Part shown: positions 59,042 to 63,546 of the stretch, piece after piece
How the letters are laid out: each line of letters starts with the position of its first letter
Position numbering within the stretch: the first letter of the stretch is position 1
Assembly: GCA_950072105.1 (NCBI GenBank)
Contig: CATMOE010000013.1
Coordinates: 1 to 63,546 of the forward strand
Direction: 5' to 3'
Length of the DNA stretch: 63,546 bases
Origin: an uncultured Dehalococcoidia bacterium
GTDB lineage: Bacteria > Chloroflexota > Dehalococcoidia > Lucifugimonadales > UBA3495
Notes under the pieces: generated by a model
Databases searched by the model: none
Told to the model about the DNA's origin: nothing
Seen by the model: the letters and a program-made list of their open reading frames with translations, nothing else
Made by a program: the position numbers and the translations under genes

Positions 59042-59956
59042 ATGCCTGCAGATCGCCGTCCCGGCATGGACCACCCACATTACCAATGGTCTCCCATCGT
59101 CAACCGGGGAAAGTTGCGTTGGCCGGACGGCGCCCGGGTCGCCCTCTGCGTCATCGTGAACCTGGAGCACATGGAATGGACTGAACCGGAAGGAACTTTC
59201 ACCACCCTTCTGGCCGGCGGCATGGGCTCCCGGGGGTATCCGGACTTCGCCCGCACCTCCCACCGGGAGTACGGACACCGAGTTGGGATTTTCCGCGTGC
59301 TGGACACTTTGGAGAAGCACGGGATCAAAGCGACGGTGGCCATGGACGCCATGACCGCCGAGAACTACCCGTACCTGGTAGACCATTGCCTGAAACGTGG
59401 TTGCGAGATCATCGGCCACGGAATATCGGTAAGCCGCATGATAACCGGCAACATGACTGAGCCGGAAGAGCGGCACTACATCCATTCATCTATGGACAGT
59501 CTAGCCAAGGCCACCGGGCAAGCGCCCACCGGTTGGCTGGGCCCCGAGTACGGCGAGTCGGCCCGGACTCCCCAATTGTTGTCCGAGGCCGGGATCCGCT
59601 ACGTGTGCGACTGGGTCAACGACGAACAACCCTACCGGCTAGAAAGCCCCCACGGCGATTTGTTCGCCCTGCCGATCATGCTGGAACTAGACGACGTCGT
59701 GTCCCTTTGGCAACGGCGGGTCACCGTGGGCCGTTACCGGGACATGCTTACCGAGGGCTTCGACACTCTGTACGAAGATGGGCCACAGAACGGAAGGCTG
59801 ATGACGCTGAACCTTCACCCCTGGCTCATCGGCCAACCATTCCGCATAGGCTACCTTGACGACGCCCTGGCCCACATGACACGGCGCGAAGGCGTTTGGG
59901 CGGCCACCGGCTCGGAGATCGTGGACTGGTTCCAGAATAATCCGCCGGTCGCGTGA
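59042..59956 (+). CDS. Second PuuE-like polysaccharide deacetylase paralog
   Basis: WPDGARVA, S.REYG.RVG, GHG, GWLGP, NDEQP and LHPW..GQP.R. Confidence 0.9.
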   Translation: MPADRRPGMDHPHYQWSPIVNRGKLRWPDGARVALCVIVNLEHMEWTEPEGTFTTLLAGGMGSRGYPDFARTSHREYGHRVGIFRVLDTLEKHGIKATVAMDAMTAENYPYLVDHCLKRGCEIIGHGISVSRMITGNMTEPEERHYIHSSMDSLAKATGQAPTGWLGPEYGESARTPQLLSEAGIRYVCDWVNDEQPYRLESPHGDLFALPIMLELDDVVSLWQRRVTVGRYRDMLTEGFDTLYEDGPQNGRLMTLNLHPWLIGQPFRIGYLDDALAHMTRREGVWAATGSEIVDWFQNNPPVA

Positions 59957-60179
59957 CACGTAAAATGATCAATGGGAATCACCCCCTCTCTAACTCTCCC
60001 CCGTAAAGGGGGCGAGAACAAATTCCTTCCCCCTCGACGGGAGAAGGTTAGAGCCTGCCCTGAGCGCAGCCGAAGGGATTGGGGGTGATTCGCTCTACGC
60101 ATCAAACGCTTCTAATAGCAGTATCACTTGCCCATATTTCTCACCCTTGGCGTCATCCCCCAACCCAGGAGGAACCAAC

Positions 60180-61529
60180 ATGGCCGGACCTCTTAAAGTC
60201 GTCTACTTCGTCAATCAGTTCTTCGGTGGCGTGGGGGCCGAAGAGAAAGCCAACATACCCGTCGAGGTTAAAAAAGGCCCCATCGGCCCGGCCCGTCTAT
60301 TCCAGCAACTGTTGGGGGACGGTGGAACCGTCGAAGCGACCATCATCTGCGGCGATAACTATTTCAACGAGCAGCGTGAGCAGGCGCTGTCTGATGTCAC
60401 TAAGGCGTGGCAGGAGGCCAAACCCGATCTGGTGGTCGCTGGTCCGGCCTTCGACGCCGGACGCTACGGCCTGGCCTGCGGAGCAGTTTGCGCCGCCGCG
60501 GAGGAGCTGGGCATCCCGGCGATCACCGCCATGCACCCAGAAAACCCCGGCGTGCTGACCTACCGGCGGCAGGTGTTCATCGTTCCCACCGGCGCCAGTC
60601 CCGTGGACCTGCCCGATGTTGTCTCCCAAATGTTTCAGATCGCGCTAAAGCTAACGTCGGGTGAAGAGATGGGCCCGGCGGAGACCGAGGGATACTTGGG
60701 CCGGGGGATCCGCAAAGTCTCCGAGAGATCGGAACCTGGATACAAAAGGGCCGTGGACATGCTGGCCAGCAAGCTGCGGGGCGAACCCTATCATACCGAA
60801 GTTCCGTTCGAGGCCCCGGAAGCCGTTCCGGCGGCGTCGCTCCAGCGGGATCTAAGCCAGGCCACCATTGCCCTTATCTCAACCGGGGGGCTGATTCCCA
60901 TCGGCAACCCGGACCGCCAGGTTTCCGGCAACGCGGACCGCTACTTCTCATATCCAGTTGACGGGCTGGAATCCCTGACCGGTGATGACTGGGAAGCTTT
61001 CCACGGCGGCTACTACAACCAGATAGCCAGCGACAACCCAAATTACATCCTTCCCCTAAGCCATTTGCGCCACCTAGAGTCGCAAGGCGTGATTGGCCGG
61101 GTTGCTTCGCAGATCATCACCCTGCCCGGCGTGAGCACCCCCGTAGCTAAATCCAAGCACCTGGGCGCCGAGATGGCCCGGGAATTGAAGGACGCCGGTG
61201 TGGATGCCTGTATCCTGGTGGCGACTTGAGGCACCTGCAACCGTTGCGGCGCGACGGTGAGCAAGGAGATCGAGCGGGTGGGCATCCCCGTGGCCATGAT
61301 ATCCGCCATTTACAACCTGGCCCTCACAACGGGCGCCAACCGGGTAATACGCGGGGCCAGGATCGAGCATGTGTGCGGCGACCCGGACCTGGGTCCGGAA
61401 AAGGACTTCGCCTACGGTCTGCAGATCGTCCGAACGGCGCTGCAAGCCCTGGAAACCGACGTCAGTGGTCCCACCCTGTTCGACCCTGACGAATCGGCCC
61501 CGGCCCGGGAGGCAGTCCATGCGTCTTGA
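60180..61529 (+). CDS. grdB: Glycine/sarcosine/betaine reductase selenoprotein B family (GrdB-like); TGA 61227-61229 read as Sec
   Basis: NQFFGG.G.EEKA, ICGDNYF, GPAF.AGRYG.ACG and HGGY; ILVAT-U-GTCNRCGATVSKEIER continues in frame into ORF 61257, giving the UxxCxxC motif. Confidence 0.93.
61240..61258 (+). promoter_or_regulatory. Bacterial SECIS-like hairpin
   Basis: ACCGTTGC-GGC-GCGACGGT stem-loop with a G-initiated loop 18 nt after the UGA. Confidence 0.7.
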
Positions 61530-62808
61530 GATAGGCACCTTCCCAGTCCACGACGTGGTGTTCGGCGCCCAAACCCAGTGGCGGGACGGGCTACTGGAAG
61601 TAGCGCGGGACGAGATTCTTGACGCCGTGAGATCCGACCCTCGCATCGCCAAGGCTGACCTTGAACTAGCTAAACCCGGAGAATCCGTTCGCATCTGGCC
61701 GGTGCGGGACGTAGTGGAGCCTCGGGTAAAGGTGGAAGGGCCTGGGGTGGTATACCCCGGCATCTGCGGCCGCTCCATCACCACCGTGGGCGAGGGCCGC
61801 ACCCACCGGCTGTCCGGCGTCGGAGTGGTTGAAGTTTCCGAAACTCCTTGGCACGAGTCCGGCGGCGACCACCTGTTCGTCTATCTGGACATGTCCGGCC
61901 CCTGGTCGAAGATCATCCCCACCAGCTCCCTGATCAATCTGTGCGTGGTCGTCGAGCCCGACCCTAACCTGGGGGTCGACGCCAGGAACGACGCCGTCCA
62001 CAACGCTGTCCTGACCGTATCGGACCGGCTGGCGGCGGCCACCGTTCATCAAGACCCGCCGGAACGGGAAATATTCGAGCTTACCGACGTGGACCCCTCA
62101 TTACCCAAGGTGGTGTACATCCTGTGCCTGCATTCGCCCCAGGCGATGTCCGGCTCTCCGGCTACGTTCTGCACCTCCACCTACGGCCTAACCCAGCTCA
62201 CCCCGCCCTGGCTGTTCCACCCCAACGAGATCTTGGACGGAGCCATAACCGGTCCCTACCGCACCGCCTTCGCCACGTCTTGGACCATGGCCAACAATCC
62301 GGCGCTGTTGGACCTGTACCGCCGCCACGGCACCGACTTCAACTTCCTGGGAGTCATCGCCACCCGCACCGAATGGACCACCCAGCATGAGAAGGAAATG
62401 ACGGCCAATCAGACGGCCAAGGTCGCCAAGATGCTGGGGGCCGAGGGAGCGTTGATCACTTGGGACGCGGGTGGCAACGAGTTCATTGAGGTTATCCGAA
62501 CGCTACAGGCCTGCGAGCGGTCCGGGATCAAGACCGTGTTCCTGACCAGCGAGGACGACCCCACTGGAAGCGCCCCCACCCTGCTGGAGCCGGTGCCCGA
62601 GGCCGATGCCATCGTGTCCACCAGCTTCTTCCGGGCGGACCTGCTGGGGCTGGACCCGCTACCCCCCGTGGACCGCGTGATCGGCAACCCTCAAAAAATA
62701 AGCGGCCGGCTCAGAGACCACTACGTCCCCACCGCCGGCCCCCTCCCCGCACCCCAGCGCTACGACGACCACTACGGGTTCAGCAAATTGAGCAGCATTG
62801 AGTATTAG
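61519..62808 (+). CDS. Glycine/sarcosine/betaine reductase component B partner subunit (GrdE/GrdG/GrdI family)
   Basis: MRLE.G...V.DV.FG, A.PGE.VRI..V.DV.EPR.K, GEGRTH.L.G, LPKV.Y, HPNEILDGA, NNP and G.KTV. Overlaps the grdB stop. Confidence 0.9.
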   Translation: MRLEIGTFPVHDVVFGAQTQWRDGLLEVARDEILDAVRSDPRIAKADLELAKPGESVRIWPVRDVVEPRVKVEGPGVVYPGICGRSITTVGEGRTHRLSGVGVVEVSETPWHESGGDHLFVYLDMSGPWSKIIPTSSLINLCVVVEPDPNLGVDARNDAVHNAVLTVSDRLAAATVHQDPPEREIFELTDVDPSLPKVVYILCLHSPQAMSGSPATFCTSTYGLTQLTPPWLFHPNEILDGAITGPYRTAFATSWTMANNPALLDLYRRHGTDFNFLGVIATRTEWTTQHEKEMTANQTAKVAKMLGAEGALITWDAGGNEFIEVIRTLQACERSGIKTVFLTSEDDPTGSAPTLLEPVPEADAIVSTSFFRADLLGLDPLPPVDRVIGNPQKISGRLRDHYVPTAGPLPAPQRYDDHYGFSKLSSIEY

Positions 62809-62943
62809 GAGTTTTGAAGCAGGACGCTTTGTGCGCAACCCCACGTTTGCATGTGTAGAAAGGGGTTATGACCGAAGTGCAACGAAACAGCATATGGCCG
62901 AGCTAGATTCCAATTCAGGCCTTCGGAAAGAAACTAGCGCACA

Positions 62944-63412
62944 CTATTGGAGATATAGTTCTTTCAGGCGGTTCATTCGCATGTGTTGAGCGTCTATCTC
63001 AGTTGAAGTCGGGGGCTCCTTGGTGTCGTCGTCATGAGGAAAACTTACGCAAAACGAGTAACTCTCAAATACTCTTCCCTCGTCCTTTAAATCCAGTCCC
63101 CCTTCGTGGATCAGGTCCTTCAGGGTGGTCCACATAGCGCCTTCATATTTCTTTGGAAGTGTTCCATGCTTTTTTCGATAAAGCTCTTTTGCGAACCGTT
63201 CCAAAAACTCTCGAAGTACGGCCCCCGCTCGTCTTCTTCTTATACTGTCCCCATCCATGTAGAAGTGGATGTCCTTAAGCATCCTGTCAAGCACCTCTTC
63301 TGACCCTATGATGTGCGGTCCCTCTTTAGAGTACGTGGCAACTTCCAAAGAGAGTGGTCCCAAGTGGCGGTACAGGGTATCAAGCGATAGCGATAGGGTC
63401 TGCATGTGAGTC
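62944..63412 (-). pseudogene. 3' remnant of an AT-richer gene whose 5' part is cut off by the IS3 element
   Basis: The ORF-track start (63531) lies inside the IS. The protein-like part begins at THMQTL..., immediately at the IS boundary. Confidence 0.65.
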
Positions 63413-63546
63413 TGAGGTGGTCTGGGAAATTTGAACAGGTAGCTAAGAGAGAGTCCCGCTCCTAGAATCGCAAAAAAGGAGCAGGACATGAAACAGATAC
63501 GGAAGAAACACAGCCCAGCCTTCAAAGCCAAGGTGGCCTTGTCTGC
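63413..63546 (+). mobile_element. IS3-family insertion sequence, left end (left inverted repeat plus OrfA start at 63488)
   Basis: TGAGGTGG...ACAGG...GAGAGTCCCGC mirrors the right end at 222-276; RBS AAGGAG then MKQIRKKHSPAFKAKVAL, a typical IS3 OrfA start. Confidence 0.9.

Noticed and set aside
63413..63531. N-terminus MALKAGLCFF... of ORF 62944-63531
   Set aside because: It is the antisense of the IS left end and OrfA, not part of the gene.
1..63546. A circular element with one IS inserted in a single minus-strand gene joining both ends
   Set aside because: The geometry fits, but the flanks (…GAGTC before the left end, TTTAG after the right end) show no target-site duplication, the frames do not join directly, and the content (tRNA, metabolic genes) looks chromosomal.

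Overview
A 63.5 kb GC-rich chromosomal segment. The gene content (two luciferase-like monooxygenases, a flavin hydroxylase, SDR, GMC, ThDP enzyme, NHL propeller, DUF5666 and Pro/Thr-rich lipoproteins, DivIVA-like and PAC2 proteins) suggests a monoderm Chloroflexota/Dehalococcoidia (SAR202-like) genome; this is inference. Both ends carry pieces of an IS3-family element, each abutting an AT-richer gene, so they are probably assembly breakpoints. The main results are missed by the ORF track. (1) There are two UGA-recoded selenoprotein genes with downstream SECIS-like hairpins: a glutaredoxin(UxxC)-DinB fusion at 52687-53448 and a GrdB-type reductase selenoprotein at 60180-61529. The latter is paired with a GrdE-like subunit that lacks the pyruvoyl-forming Cys, and both lie behind a TTC38-like gene and two PuuE-like deacetylases, with no grdA/C/D nearby. 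(2) A corrinoid methyl-transfer cluster (homocysteine methyltransferase, MtaA-type MT2, corrinoid protein, RACo activator) has no recognisable MT1 but contains two uncharacterised Cys/His proteins. (3) A rod-shaped, 6S-like ncRNA candidate has one end expanded into a 37-bp tandem repeat. Also present: tRNA-Asp, a MarR-RND efflux unit with a very long adaptor, a two-component system with surface proteins, DUF1800/DUF1501, two disrupted genes and several families of REP-like palindromes.
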